Assembly: GCA_017395505.1 (NCBI GenBank)
Contig: JAFPUH010000005.1
Location: 11,851 to 75,850 of the forward strand
Length of the DNA: 64,000 nucleotides
Direction: 5' to 3'
Source of the DNA: Kiritimatiellia bacterium
GTDB taxonomy: Bacteria; Verrucomicrobiota; Kiritimatiellia; RFP12; UBA1067
Shown: piece after piece, positions 9,324-18,896 of the stretch
How the letters are laid out: each line of letters begins with the position of its first letter
Position numbering within the stretch: position 1 is the stretch's first letter
The notes under the pieces: generated by a model
What the model was told of the DNA's origin: nothing
The model's input: only the letters and a program-made list of their open reading frames with translations
Database searches by the model: none
Translations under genes and position numbers: made by a program

Positions 9324-10430
9324 ATGAAGATAAAGTTCGGCAACGTAGTCGAAAACGTGGTTACCCGCAAGGAGTTTCCCCTCAAGAAGGCGCAGAAGAT
9401 CCTAAAGAACAGGACAGTCGCCGTTCTTGGCTATGGCATCCAGGGCCCTGCGCAGGCTCTGAACATGCGCGACAACGGCATAAACGTGATTATCGGCCAG
9501 CGCAAGGGCAAGGGTGCGAACTCCAGCTGGAACCGTGCGATCAAGGATGGCTGGGTTCCCGGTGAGACGCTCTTTTCAATCGAGGAGGCCGCAGAGAAGG
9601 GCGACATTATCATGATGCTCACCTCCGACGGCTCCGTCGCCGAGGTTTGGAAGAAGATCGAGAAGTATGTGACCGCCGGCAAGGCTCTCTACTTCAGCCA
9701 CGGCTTCGCCTACGTCTACAACAAGCTCACGGGCGTCAAGCCGAAGGTTGGCGTCGATGTGATCATGGTAGCTCCCAAGGGTTCCGGCACGAACGTCCGC
9801 CGCAACTTCCTTAACGGCGCCGGAATCAACAGCTCCTACGCTGTCGCCCGCGACGCTACCGGCAAGGCTCTCGACCTCACGCTCGCCATTGGCATTGCGG
9901 TCGGCTCCGGCTATCTCTTCCCGACGACCTTCGAGAAGGAGGTTACCAGCGATCTCGTCGGCGAACGCGGCATACTGATGGGTGCGCTCTGCGGCGTGAT
10001 GGAGGCTCAGTACTATACTCTTCGCGCCAACGGCCACAGCCCGAGCGAGGCTTTCAACGAGACCTGCGAGGAGCTTACGCAGTCGCTGGCCCGCCTCGTG
10101 GACGAGAACGGAATGGACTGGATGTACTCCAACTGCTCGCAGACGGCGCAGCATGGTGCGCTCAAGTGGCGTCCGATCTTCCGCAAGGTCAACGAGCCGA
10201 TCTTCAAACGCCTCTATGCCTCGACGAAGAAGATGCAGGAGGCCCGCGAGGTCATCCGAGACACCGGTCGCCCAGACTACAAGGAATTCATGGCCAAGAA
10301 GCTGCAGGATATGCACGACAGCGAGATGTGGAAGGCCGGCGAAGCCGTCCGCTCGCTCCGTCCGCGCGAGAAGGCCAAGGCCAACGCGGCGACTGCCGCC
10401 GGCGTTCAGGGCCGTAAGGTCACCAAGTAA
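9324..10430 (+). CDS. ilvC: Ketol-acid reductoisomerase
   Basis: VAVLGYGIQGPAQALNMRDNG, LYFSHGF, MVAPKGSG, SDLVGERGILMG, AFNETCEE, MYSNCSQTAQHG. Confidence 0.93.
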   Translation: MKIKFGNVVENVVTRKEFPLKKAQKILKNRTVAVLGYGIQGPAQALNMRDNGINVIIGQRKGKGANSSWNRAIKDGWVPGETLFSIEEAAEKGDIIMMLTSDGSVAEVWKKIEKYVTAGKALYFSHGFAYVYNKLTGVKPKVGVDVIMVAPKGSGTNVRRNFLNGAGINSSYAVARDATGKALDLTLAIGIAVGSGYLFPTTFEKEVTSDLVGERGILMGALCGVMEAQYYTLRANGHSPSEAFNETCEELTQSLARLVDENGMDWMYSNCSQTAQHGALKWRPIFRKVNEPIFKRLYASTKKMQEAREVIRDTGRPDYKEFMAKKLQDMHDSEMWKAGEAVRSLRPREKAKANAATAAGVQGRKVTK

Positions 10431-10457
10431 TCCGTCCAAGGGCGGGATAGGTATGAA

Positions 10458-12482
10458 ATGAGCGAAGGTGCGTTCTTCCAAGACCTTGCGATGCTTATGG
10501 CAGCCGCGGGTCTCGCGTCGATCATCTTCGCCAAGCTTAAGTTCCCCAAGGTTGTCGGCTACATACTGGCCGGCATTCTCTTGGGGAAATACACATGGGG
10601 CGGCAGCTTCCTCGCGGATGAGCAGTCCGTAAGGACGATCGGGCAGCTCGGCGTCGTTTTCCTCATGTTCACGATGGGTCTGGGGTTCTCGACGTCGCAG
10701 ATGAAGCGTATAAGGGGCGTCGCCGTCCCGGCCGCGATAATCGATACGATAGTCATGACGTGGGTCGGCTACACGATAGGCCGCCACGTCTTCGGATGGA
10801 CTTCGGTACCTTCCCTCTTTCTGGGAGCGGCCATATGCGACTCGGCGACCACCATGCTTGCGAAGGTGATCGACGAGATGAAGTGGAGCGACAGGCCGTT
10901 CGTAAAGTATGCGCTCGGAACATCAGTCTGCGAAGACATAGCAACCGTCGGCATACTCGCGCTTGTGACGGGCGTCGCGCAGAGCGGGCAGCTTTCGCTG
11001 CTTGCGGCAGGCGCGTCTCTGGGCGGGCTCTTCGTATTCTTCCTTGTGGTGATCGTCGCCGGTTTCGTGCTTGTGCCGAGGCTTCTGAAATCCGTCTCGA
11101 AGCGGCATGACGACGAGGCTCTTCTCCTCACAATTCTCGGATGCTGTTTCCTGGTCTCCTGGGTTGCCTTCAAGTTCGACTTCTCGCTGGCTCTAGGCGC
11201 GTTTCTTGTCGGATTGCTCGGCGCGGCGAGCGATGTGCGTCACCGCCTTTCCGAGCTGGCCGAGCCGCTTAAGTCGATGTTCGCCGCCGTGTTTTTCGTG
11301 TCGATCGGCCTCTTGCTCGATCCGACGGCGTGTCTGCGTCACTGGCCGGCGATTCTGCTCGTTTCTGCGGCTGTGATTGTCGGCAAGACGCTAAACTGCA
11401 CTTTCGGCGCGCTCTTCGGAGGCGAGAGCCTCAAGAACGCCATTCAGATGGGGCTTGGGCTCGCGCAGACAGGCGAGTTCGCATTTCTCGTCGGCATGCT
11501 CTACGTCACCGTGACCGGCGACACGGAAAGTCCGATGTTCAACATCGTCATCGCCGTCTCGCTTCTGACGACGCTGCTGAATCCTCTGCTAATCAAGGTG
11601 TCGAACGGCGCGAGCGACTGGGTCGTCGCGCATACTCCTGCCAAGGTGATGTCTGCCCTAGAGGCGTATCGCACGTTCATCGCGAAGTACAACGGCGAGC
11701 GCAAGGAGGCGAGGATCCACCGTCTCGTCAGGCACTGCTTCGTGCAGCTCGGCGTGATAGCCGTATTGAACTTCGCTGTCGCTCTGATCTTCTCGATACT
11801 TAACGGCAAGGACTGGTCGAACTTCTCGTTCTTCTTCGATGCCCACAAGCGCATATTCTTCTGCCTAACGGTCAACCTTTTCATAGTGTCGATGCTCGCC
11901 CCCGCCGTTCGAATCGCCGGAACCCTCGGCAACATGCTCGCGACAGTTCTGACTGGAGCCGGCGACGCGAAGTGGCAGCAGGCCGTACGCCACTTCGTGA
12001 CCGTCGTCGTTCAGATCGCGGTCGCCGCGCTCTTCTTCTTTGAGGCGGTGATGATCAACGTGAACCTCACGCCCGACGAGAGGTGGGCTCGCTGGATGAT
12101 CAACTGCGTGCTGCTTCTGGTCGGCGCGCTCGGGTGGAAGTCGTTCCAGAAGGCCGGACGCCGCGCGGCAACCCGCTTCGACGAGGCCCTTACAGCGGAC
12201 GAGCGCCGCGCAAAGCTGGGCGCGATGCTCACCTTCAAGCTTCCGGAAGGGGTCGTGCACAAGCTCAAGCTGGAGATGGATTCCCCTGCGATCGGCGGCA
12301 CTGTCGTCTCTCTCAACATAAGGGCCAAGACTGGCGCTTCTGTCGTCTCGCTCGAGCGTGACGGAGAGATGATACGCAACGTGGGCCCCGAGACGGAATT
12401 CAAGGTTGGCGATGTGCTCTACACGATAGGCAACGGATCACAGATCGCCGCCTTGAAGGACTTGTTGGGCATCATTGCATGA
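10458..12482 (+). CDS. CPA2 cation:proton antiporter with C-terminal TrkA-C (RCK_C) domain
   Basis: Multi-TM with GQLGVVFLMFTMGL, EDIATV, SLALGAFLVG, LAQTGEFAF; C-terminus IRAKTGASVVSLERDG...FKVGDVL. Confidence 0.88.
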   Translation: MSEGAFFQDLAMLMAAAGLASIIFAKLKFPKVVGYILAGILLGKYTWGGSFLADEQSVRTIGQLGVVFLMFTMGLGFSTSQMKRIRGVAVPAAIIDTIVMTWVGYTIGRHVFGWTSVPSLFLGAAICDSATTMLAKVIDEMKWSDRPFVKYALGTSVCEDIATVGILALVTGVAQSGQLSLLAAGASLGGLFVFFLVVIVAGFVLVPRLLKSVSKRHDDEALLLTILGCCFLVSWVAFKFDFSLALGAFLVGLLGAASDVRHRLSELAEPLKSMFAAVFFVSIGLLLDPTACLRHWPAILLVSAAVIVGKTLNCTFGALFGGESLKNAIQMGLGLAQTGEFAFLVGMLYVTVTGDTESPMFNIVIAVSLLTTLLNPLLIKVSNGASDWVVAHTPAKVMSALEAYRTFIAKYNGERKEARIHRLVRHCFVQLGVIAVLNFAVALIFSILNGKDWSNFSFFFDAHKRIFFCLTVNLFIVSMLAPAVRIAGTLGNMLATVLTGAGDAKWQQAVRHFVTVVVQIAVAALFFFEAVMINVNLTPDERWARWMINCVLLLVGALGWKSFQKAGRRAATRFDEALTADERRAKLGAMLTFKLPEGVVHKLKLEMDSPAIGGTVVSLNIRAKTGASVVSLERDGEMIRNVGPETEFKVGDVLYTIGNGSQIAALKDLLGIIA

Positions 12483-12497
12483 CGCGCCGACTGCGCA

Positions 12498-13529
12498 TCA
12501 GTCGTTCGACATGCGCGAGAGCACCTGATCAACTATATCCTGCCAGCGAATCGGCCAAAGGCGCGAAGGCAGTTCGGATTCGAGGGGGCTCTGAATGAAT
12601 TCGGGCAGCTCCGGCAGAAAGTCGAATCCCGAAAGCTTCTCAAGTTCGTCGATGGAAATCAAATGGCGCGCGGCGTATGCGCCGTATGGCACATCCTGCG
12701 GCAGCAGAATCGCGAGCGCCCTTACGTCCATTCCCTCCTGAGCCACTATCACCTGATAGAACTGCTGCGGCACGTCGACATCAGTTCCGCTAACCGTCTC
12801 AAGGCTGTCGGGCGAAGATATGCAGCCGACGATTACCCATATCTCGCCGTACCTCGCCGTCCACAGCTGGGCGATGCGATGCTCGACGTCGCGCCATGCT
12901 CCGCGGTTCAGCGCCGGACGCTGTGGCGCTATGTTCGACATCATGAAAGTCTGCCGCTGGTCGTCGTCGCCGTAGCGGGTCTTTATCGCGAAGTTGGGGA
13001 CCATGTGTCCACGGTCGTAGCCCGAATGTTCGTAGTCGGAAGGTGCCGGCGCGCTCGGAACGCTCCTGTCGCGGCTGAAGTTGGGGCGCTGCCCGACGGG
13101 ATATTTCGCCTCCTTTGCGACATGGTATGCGCACCACACCGGATGGCGCAGCTTGGGCGACCAGCCAATCTTGAACTCGCCGCGGTCGAGCACCACTATG
13201 TCGTTGGGCGCAGGCGAGCCCGTGCGCCTGGGAGCGCCCGCGAAGAGCACTTCGCCCTCTGGCGCCTCGACGTCGTATTCGTAGATCGCGTCGTGGCCCG
13301 TCCAGCCAAGTCCGTCGGTTATGTCGCCTACCGCGTTGCCGACCGAAAGAAGGGGAGCCGTTACGATCGAGGGATACTCGAGGCACATGCGCTCCACCCA
13401 ACGGCGGGGATGGTGCACGAACCAGACGGATGCGGCGGAGAAGAGAGCCAAAAACAGAAGAAGGGCGATCCCGCCCAAGAGCGAGATTCGCCTGCTTCCG
13501 CGTTTGGCTTTTCTCCGCCTGGAGCTCAC
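12498..13529 (-). CDS. Membrane-anchored DNA/RNA non-specific endonuclease (NucA-like)
   Basis: SGYDRGHMVP active site, TFMMSNIAPQRPALNRGAW; N-terminal TM. Confidence 0.88.
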   Translation of the reverse strand: MSSRRRKAKRGSRRISLLGGIALLLFLALFSAASVWFVHHPRRWVERMCLEYPSIVTAPLLSVGNAVGDITDGLGWTGHDAIYEYDVEAPEGEVLFAGAPRRTGSPAPNDIVVLDRGEFKIGWSPKLRHPVWCAYHVAKEAKYPVGQRPNFSRDRSVPSAPAPSDYEHSGYDRGHMVPNFAIKTRYGDDDQRQTFMMSNIAPQRPALNRGAWRDVEHRIAQLWTARYGEIWVIVGCISSPDSLETVSGTDVDVPQQFYQVIVAQEGMDVRALAILLPQDVPYGAYAARHLISIDELEKLSGFDFLPELPEFIQSPLESELPSRLWPIRWQDIVDQVLSRMSND

Positions 13530-13774
13530 AACCCCAGATCCCCGAGCTCGATGCGGATCGTACGGCTCTTCAGGGCCTTTTTCGCCGCATCGTCAAGCTC
13601 GCCCTCCTCGTGGCGGACGACTGGTGTCTCCTCCACGGGTTTGGGCGGCTCGGGTACAATGAGCCTGGCGCCGCACGCCGGACATTCGGTCTCTTCGCCG
13701 ACCATGTCCAGCGTGGCCTCAAGCTCTGTGCGGCAGTTGCCGCAGAGAAAGCTTACAAATGCCTCTTCGCTCAT
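13526..13774 (-). CDS. Small zinc-ribbon protein
   Basis: CGNC...CPAC; 4-nt overlaps with both neighbours. Confidence 0.65.
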   Translation of the reverse strand: MSEEAFVSFLCGNCRTELEATLDMVGEETECPACGARLIVPEPPKPVEETPVVRHEEGELDDAAKKALKSRTIRIELGDLGL

Positions 13775-14550
13775 AGACCGAGCTTAGTCGCGCTGCGCCA
13801 CGCGTAGTAGTTGCGGAGTTTGAGCTTCGAAGCCGACTCTTCGTCGCAGAAGATCCAAGCGTCATTGTGCTCCTGAAGAGCCGAGGCGGTGCAGAACTGG
13901 CTGATGCCGCCCTCGACCATTCCCTTCACCGCATCGGCCTTGTTCTTGCCGAAAGCGAGCAGGATGATCTTCTTGGCTTCGCAGATCGTGCCGACGCCCA
14001 TCGAAAGCGCGCGGGTGGGAACCTCGTCCTCCTTGCCCTTGAAGAAGAGGCGGGCGTTGTCCTTGATCGTCGAAGGCGTGAGGTAGACGACGCCAGTGCG
14101 GCTCTTGAGCGAGGTGCCGGGCTCGTTGAACGCGATGTGGCCGTCCGACCCGATTCCGAGCACCTGGATGTCGATGCCGCCGGCCTTCTTGATCTGGGCC
14201 TCGTACTTCTCGCACTCCTTGACGGGATCCTTCGCCATGCCATTGAGAACATGCGTGTTGGAGATCTTGATGTCGATCTTCTCGAACAGGTTCTTGTTCA
14301 TGAAATAGCGGTAGCTCTGGTCGTGCGTTCCGGGAAGGCCGACATACTCGTCAAGGTTCCACGTCTTGACGTCCTTGTAGGAGACCTTCTTCGCCTTGAC
14401 AGCCTTGGCCATCTCGGTATACATCGGGACAGGCGTCGAGCCCGTCGCGAGGCCTAGCACGGTCTTAGGATTCTTCTTGACTGCGGCGGTGATCATGTCA
14501 GCCGCGAGCTTGGAGGCTTCCTCTTTTGTCTTGCAGATAACTATTTCCAT
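13771..14550 (-). CDS. nagB: Glucosamine-6-phosphate deaminase
   Basis: LGLATGSTP, NLDEYVGL, LGIGSDGHIAFNEPG, ALSMGVGTI, TASALQEH. Confidence 0.95.
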   Translation of the reverse strand: MEIVICKTKEEASKLAADMITAAVKKNPKTVLGLATGSTPVPMYTEMAKAVKAKKVSYKDVKTWNLDEYVGLPGTHDQSYRYFMNKNLFEKIDIKISNTHVLNGMAKDPVKECEKYEAQIKKAGGIDIQVLGIGSDGHIAFNEPGTSLKSRTGVVYLTPSTIKDNARLFFKGKEDEVPTRALSMGVGTICEAKKIILLAFGKNKADAVKGMVEGGISQFCTASALQEHNDAWIFCDEESASKLKLRNYYAWRSATKLGL

Positions 14551-14595
14551 GGTTAGGTTGATCCTTTCGATTATGTGATAATTATACGCTAAATT

Positions 14596-15393
14596 TCAGT
14601 CGATGTAAAGCGGGGGTATTTCGATTGGCGTTCTGGGCCCCGTCTGCGGAGTTTCCACGACAGGCGCAGGAGCCTCTATTTTTGGGGCTTCTGCGGCATC
14701 TGCAGGCTGGTCGGGCGGAGTCATCGTCGCACGGTACAGCGCCTTTACCCCGAGCGCCGCAACCCACAGCACCGCAATCGCAACGCCCGCGACGAGCAGG
14801 ACGCGCCATGTGTTGCTCGGCAGCGACGGCATCTGCGCCGACTTGGGATCTGGCAATGGTGACGGCGGGCGGAGCGGTGCAAGGCGCTTGCGAGGCGCGG
14901 CCAACGGAACTTCTGCCGGCGTCGGCTCAGGCTCCGGAGCGTAGACTGGTGCCGGTGGCTTCGGCGCAAACACAGGCGCGGGCTTCGACTCGAACACAGG
15001 CGCTGCGACCGGCCTGGGCTGTGGCTCTGGCTGCGGCTCGTCGAAAAGCGAGACGACCCTCGGCTGCGGCTCGGGCTCGGGGGCCGGCGGCGGAGGGGGC
15101 GGCGGAGTGGGCGGCGGCGTCGCCGGCCTTGGGCGAACGTGTATCGCAACCTCTCGGTCTCCGTTCAAAATCGCCATGTATTCCGCAATCAGCGGCTTGG
15201 GGTCGAGCCCGACCGCCTCGCAGTACAGCTTTACGAAGCCGCGGCCGTAGATCGGCGCCGCTATCCTGGAAAAGTTCTCCTCCTCCAGATCAGCCACGAT
15301 CTGGTGCATCAGGTTAGTCGCGTTGGCCAGCTGGTTTATCGTAAGGCCTTTGGCCTCTCTGGCCTCGCGCAATGTCTTTCCGAATTCTATCAT
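14596..15393 (-). CDS. RodZ-like HTH membrane protein with Pro-rich linker
   Basis: FGKTLREAREAKGLT...LEEENF...YGRGFVKLYCEAVGLD (HTH_25), one TM near the C-terminus. Confidence 0.78.
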   Translation of the reverse strand: MIEFGKTLREAREAKGLTINQLANATNLMHQIVADLEEENFSRIAAPIYGRGFVKLYCEAVGLDPKPLIAEYMAILNGDREVAIHVRPRPATPPPTPPPPPPPAPEPEPQPRVVSLFDEPQPEPQPRPVAAPVFESKPAPVFAPKPPAPVYAPEPEPTPAEVPLAAPRKRLAPLRPPSPLPDPKSAQMPSLPSNTWRVLLVAGVAIAVLWVAALGVKALYRATMTPPDQPADAAEAPKIEAPAPVVETPQTGPRTPIEIPPLYID

Positions 15394-17888
15394 TGTTCCT
15401 CCTCAGTGCTGAATAGGTCTCCCGTTGTGTCCGCATCGTCGGTAGCGGCGCCATTGTCCGCAACATCTCCCGCTCCGCCGTTTCCGGACTCGTTGAATAT
15501 CGCAAGCAGCTGGTCCTGGTCCATGAGTATGTCGCGCGGACCTGCGCCTTTCTGCGGACCGATCACCCCCGCGTCCTCGAGCTTGTCGCAGAGCTTCGCC
15601 GCATGGTTGTAGCCGATGCCGAGGCGACGCTGGAAATGCGACGTCGAGGCGCGCTTCGTGTTGATGATGCATTCGAGCGCGCGCTTGTAGAGGTCGGCAT
15701 CCTCGGCCGCCTTGACCATCTCGCGCGAACTCGGCATGCTGTCGCCTCCGCCCTGCTGGTTGTCGGGATCGTCCTCGTTCGACGCGAACGGATCGTCGAT
15801 CGCCGCCTCCTTGACCCTGCCGAGCTTCTTCGCGAACGTGTCGTCGAACTGCACGTCGGCGTGCTGCTCGATGAACTGCGTGATGCGCCCGATCTCGTCA
15901 TCGCTGATCCATGCGCCCTGTGCGCGGATGAGAAGCCCATCCTTCGTCTTGAAGAGCATGTCGCCCTTGCCGATGAGGTTCTCCGCCCCGGTGTCGTCGA
16001 GGATCGTGCGCGAGTCGATCGATGTCGCGGTCTTGAACGCGACGCGCCCCGGTATGTTCGCCTTGATCGTGCCGGTGATTATCTTCGCGTCGGGACGCTG
16101 CGTCGCGAGTATGAGGTGTATGCCAGCCGCACGTGCCTTCGCAGTAAGGCGCGAGATGTCGGGTGTCACCTCCTTCGAAGCCGCCGCCATGAGGTCCGCA
16201 ACCTCGTCGATGATGATCACGATGTATGGCACTGTACGTGGTATGTCGCCGTTGATCGTGTCGTCCGACCCGAACATGTCGGTCTGCGTGAAGGTCTTGC
16301 GGTGGTTGAAGTCGTAGATGTTCTTGACCTTCGCCCTCGCGAAGAGCTTCAGGCGCTTCTCCATCTCCGCTACGGCCCAATGCAGCGCGAAGACCACCTT
16401 GCGGTTGTCGGTGATGACCGGCACGAGCAAGTGCGGAATCGTCGCGTACCACGTGAACTCGACGCTCTTGGGGTCCACCATGATGAGCTTCAGCTGCTCC
16501 GGCGTGCGCGTCATGAGAAGTCCGTTTATGAGCGAGTTGAGGCAGACCGACTTGCCTTGTCCCGTGGCGCCTGCGACGAGCATGTGCGGCATCGACGCGA
16601 GGTCGGCGACTAGTTCCCTGCCCGCCGCATCCTTTCCGAAGAGCAGCGGCAGCTCAGCCCTCGAATTCCTCCACGCGTCCGACTCGAATATCTCGCGGAA
16701 GCTTATGCCGACCGCCTTCCTGTTCGGAACCTCGATGCCGACGAGATCCTCGCCGGGTATCGGCGCCTCGATTCGGAGCGACTTTGCGTGCAGCGCGCCC
16801 ATCAGGTTGTCGGACAGGCTCGTCACCGCGTTGTATCTCGTTCCCGGGGCGAGGGCGATCTTGTACTTCGTGACCACCGGACCCTCCACCGTGCCGTCCA
16901 TCGTAGCGTCGATGCCGAAGATCTGCAGCGTCTTTATGAGGCGCTCGCTCATCTCGCCGACGTCGCCGTGGTCCGCGGTCGTCCGCGGCAGCGGATTCAG
17001 CAGGCTGACAGGCGGCAGCATGTATGGCCCCTTGTCCGTCGTCTCCGCCTCGCCGGCCTGCATCTGAGCCCTCGCGGCCGCGTTCTGCTTCTCGATCAGC
17101 GCCTGCCCCTTCGCCTGCTCCTTGGCGAGGCGCTTCTCCTCCTTGACCCTGATCTTCTCTTCCCTTGCAAGGCGCTTCTCCTCTTCGCGCTGGCGCTTCG
17201 CGGCCTCCTTCGCCCTGAGCGCCGCCATATACTTCTCCTGCTCTGCGTCGTAGGCCGGCGACGAGCCGCTCTCGGGCTCGGCTGGCATTTCGCCGGCGCT
17301 GCGTCCGCCGCCAGCGAGCATCCAGCGCAGCACGGCCTTGAAGATCTTCGCGAGGTTTCCTATGCCGACGACGCAGACCATCGACGCGCAAAGGACTATC
17401 GCCATCAGTATCACCGCCCCGAAGTCGCCGATCAGCGGCGCGAGAAGCCTCGTCATCAGAAGGTAGCCCACGACACCGCCAGCGTCCGATATGTTGAGCG
17501 ACGAGAGAAGGGCATCCATGCCGGGCGCGTTGCCCTGGACGGACTGCATGAGGCACGCGGCGCTCGTGACGAACGCGAGCAGCCAGAGTTTGCGCATTCC
17601 GGTATGGAGCCGCCGCCCAGTGATGCGGCATAGCCCCGCCACGATGCAAAGCGCCGGCACTACCCAGATCGCGAGGCCGACCGCCGAGTAGCCGATGTAT
17701 GCGAAGCCGTCGCCCAGTGCGCCGATCCAGTTGCTGCTCGGCCGTGGCGGAGTCTGAAGCGCCTCGATCGAATGCCAGTCGTATGTCAGAAGCGCGACCA
17801 GCGGAAAGAGCGCTATGGGAAAGAGAATCCAGCCCAGGGCGTGGCGTTCGGATTTTCTGTTATCTGTATTGGAAGAGCTGCCTGTCAT
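15390..17888 (-). CDS. ftsK: DNA translocase FtsK
   Basis: N-terminal 4TM region (NWIGALG), PHMLVAGATGQGKS, IIIDEVADLM, ARAAGIHLILATQRP, gamma domain ASTSHFQRRLGIGYNHA. Confidence 0.95.
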   Translation of the reverse strand: MTGSSSNTDNRKSERHALGWILFPIALFPLVALLTYDWHSIEALQTPPRPSSNWIGALGDGFAYIGYSAVGLAIWVVPALCIVAGLCRITGRRLHTGMRKLWLLAFVTSAACLMQSVQGNAPGMDALLSSLNISDAGGVVGYLLMTRLLAPLIGDFGAVILMAIVLCASMVCVVGIGNLAKIFKAVLRWMLAGGGRSAGEMPAEPESGSSPAYDAEQEKYMAALRAKEAAKRQREEEKRLAREEKIRVKEEKRLAKEQAKGQALIEKQNAAARAQMQAGEAETTDKGPYMLPPVSLLNPLPRTTADHGDVGEMSERLIKTLQIFGIDATMDGTVEGPVVTKYKIALAPGTRYNAVTSLSDNLMGALHAKSLRIEAPIPGEDLVGIEVPNRKAVGISFREIFESDAWRNSRAELPLLFGKDAAGRELVADLASMPHMLVAGATGQGKSVCLNSLINGLLMTRTPEQLKLIMVDPKSVEFTWYATIPHLLVPVITDNRKVVFALHWAVAEMEKRLKLFARAKVKNIYDFNHRKTFTQTDMFGSDDTINGDIPRTVPYIVIIIDEVADLMAAASKEVTPDISRLTAKARAAGIHLILATQRPDAKIITGTIKANIPGRVAFKTATSIDSRTILDDTGAENLIGKGDMLFKTKDGLLIRAQGAWISDDEIGRITQFIEQHADVQFDDTFAKKLGRVKEAAIDDPFASNEDDPDNQQGGGDSMPSSREMVKAAEDADLYKRALECIINTKRASTSHFQRRLGIGYNHAAKLCDKLEDAGVIGPQKGAGPRDILMDQDQLLAIFNESGNGGAGDVADNGAATDDADTTGDLFSTEEEQ

Positions 17889-18042
17889 TGTTCGGGTGAT
17901 AGTAGTAACCGTCGCCTGTCTTGAGTGAATGGTATATGATTATCGCGAGCATTAGCGCCAGAAGCTTCAGCCCCCAGTTCTCGGTGAAGAGCTTGAGGAT
18001 GTTGCGCAGAAAGTTGAGCACGGGGCGTTTCTTGTCTTTCAT
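17860..18042 (-). CDS. Miniature CdaR-like protein (60 aa, TM anchor only)
   Basis: ATG overlaps the cdaA stop (TGATG); MKDKK...FTENWGLKLLALMLAIIIY resembles the CdaR/YbbR N-terminal anchor; TAA at 17860-17862. Not listed separately in the ORF track. Confidence 0.65.
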   Translation of the reverse strand: MKDKKRPVLNFLRNILKLFTENWGLKLLALMLAIIIYHSLKTGDGYYYHPNNDRQLFQYR

Positions 18043-18896
18043 CACTTGGCCTCCTCTTTCGCGGCCTCTTTCTTGGCCTTGGCCTTGCGGCGCTCGACGA
18101 TCCAGTCGTAGACGCGAGCCGCGAAGCTGACGCCGACCTCGCCCTCGCGCATGGCCTTGTTGACCCAGCGCCTCAATGCGGCCTCGCGCATGTCGCCGTA
18201 GTACCTGAAGAGCCTGCCGTTGTGCGCGATCGAAACTGCGCCCGACTCCTCCGACACGACCACTACGAGCGCATCGGTCTCCTCGGAGAGCCCGACAGCC
18301 GCACGGTGCCGCATGCCGCTCGCCAGAAGGTCGGGATTGTTCGACACCGGGAAGATGCAGTGCGCGGAGGATATGCGCCCGTACCTGAGAGTCATGCCGC
18401 CGTCGTGCAGCGGAAGCGGCGGGGTGAATATGCTCTGCACCAGCTCGCGCGAGAAGAGGGCGTCGAGCCTGACGCCAGTCGCCTCGTAGCCGCGTAGCGA
18501 TATGCCGCGCTCGAAGGCGAGAAGCGCGCCGATCTTCCTGTCGGCCAGCGCGAGAAGCGTCGACACGACGAACTCCGGCTCGGCCGCACCGTCCGACGTG
18601 TACTTCGGCTTGTCGAACGCTCCGAACGCACCGACCGTCGCGAGGATGCGGCGTATCTCCGGCTGGAAGATCACGACCGTCGAAAGCGCGAGGTAGATGA
18701 GTATCCACTGCACTATCCTCGACAGCACGTCGAAGTGCAGCACGAAGGTGAAGATCGCCGACAGCGCCGCCAGCAGGCCGACGCCCAGCAGAGCCTGTCC
18801 GAAGCGCGAGCCTTTCGCGCTCTTGAGTATCGCGTATATCGCCAGATAGAGTATCGCTATCTGGATTATCGCCGATGTGCTGACGTTGATTTCCAT
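18042..18896 (-). CDS. cdaA: Diadenylate cyclase CdaA/DacA
   Basis: Three N-terminal TMs, VIFQPEIRRIL, IGALLAFER, PLHDGG (DGA-like), GMRHRAAVGLSEETDA, VSEESG; ATG overlaps the ftsH TAA. Confidence 0.92.
   Translation of the reverse strand: MEINVSTSAIIQIAILYLAIYAILKSAKGSRFGQALLGVGLLAALSAIFTFVLHFDVLSRIVQWILIYLALSTVVIFQPEIRRILATVGAFGAFDKPKYTSDGAAEPEFVVSTLLALADRKIGALLAFERGISLRGYEATGVRLDALFSRELVQSIFTPPLPLHDGGMTLRYGRISSAHCIFPVSNNPDLLASGMRHRAAVGLSEETDALVVVVSEESGAVSIAHNGRLFRYYGDMREAALRRWVNKAMREGEVGVSFAARVYDWIVERRKAKAKKEAAKEEAK

Noticed and set aside
9324-10430. IlvC resembling the fungal/Bacteroidetes-type enzyme
   Set aside because: This subtype is already known in bacteria, so it is not novel.
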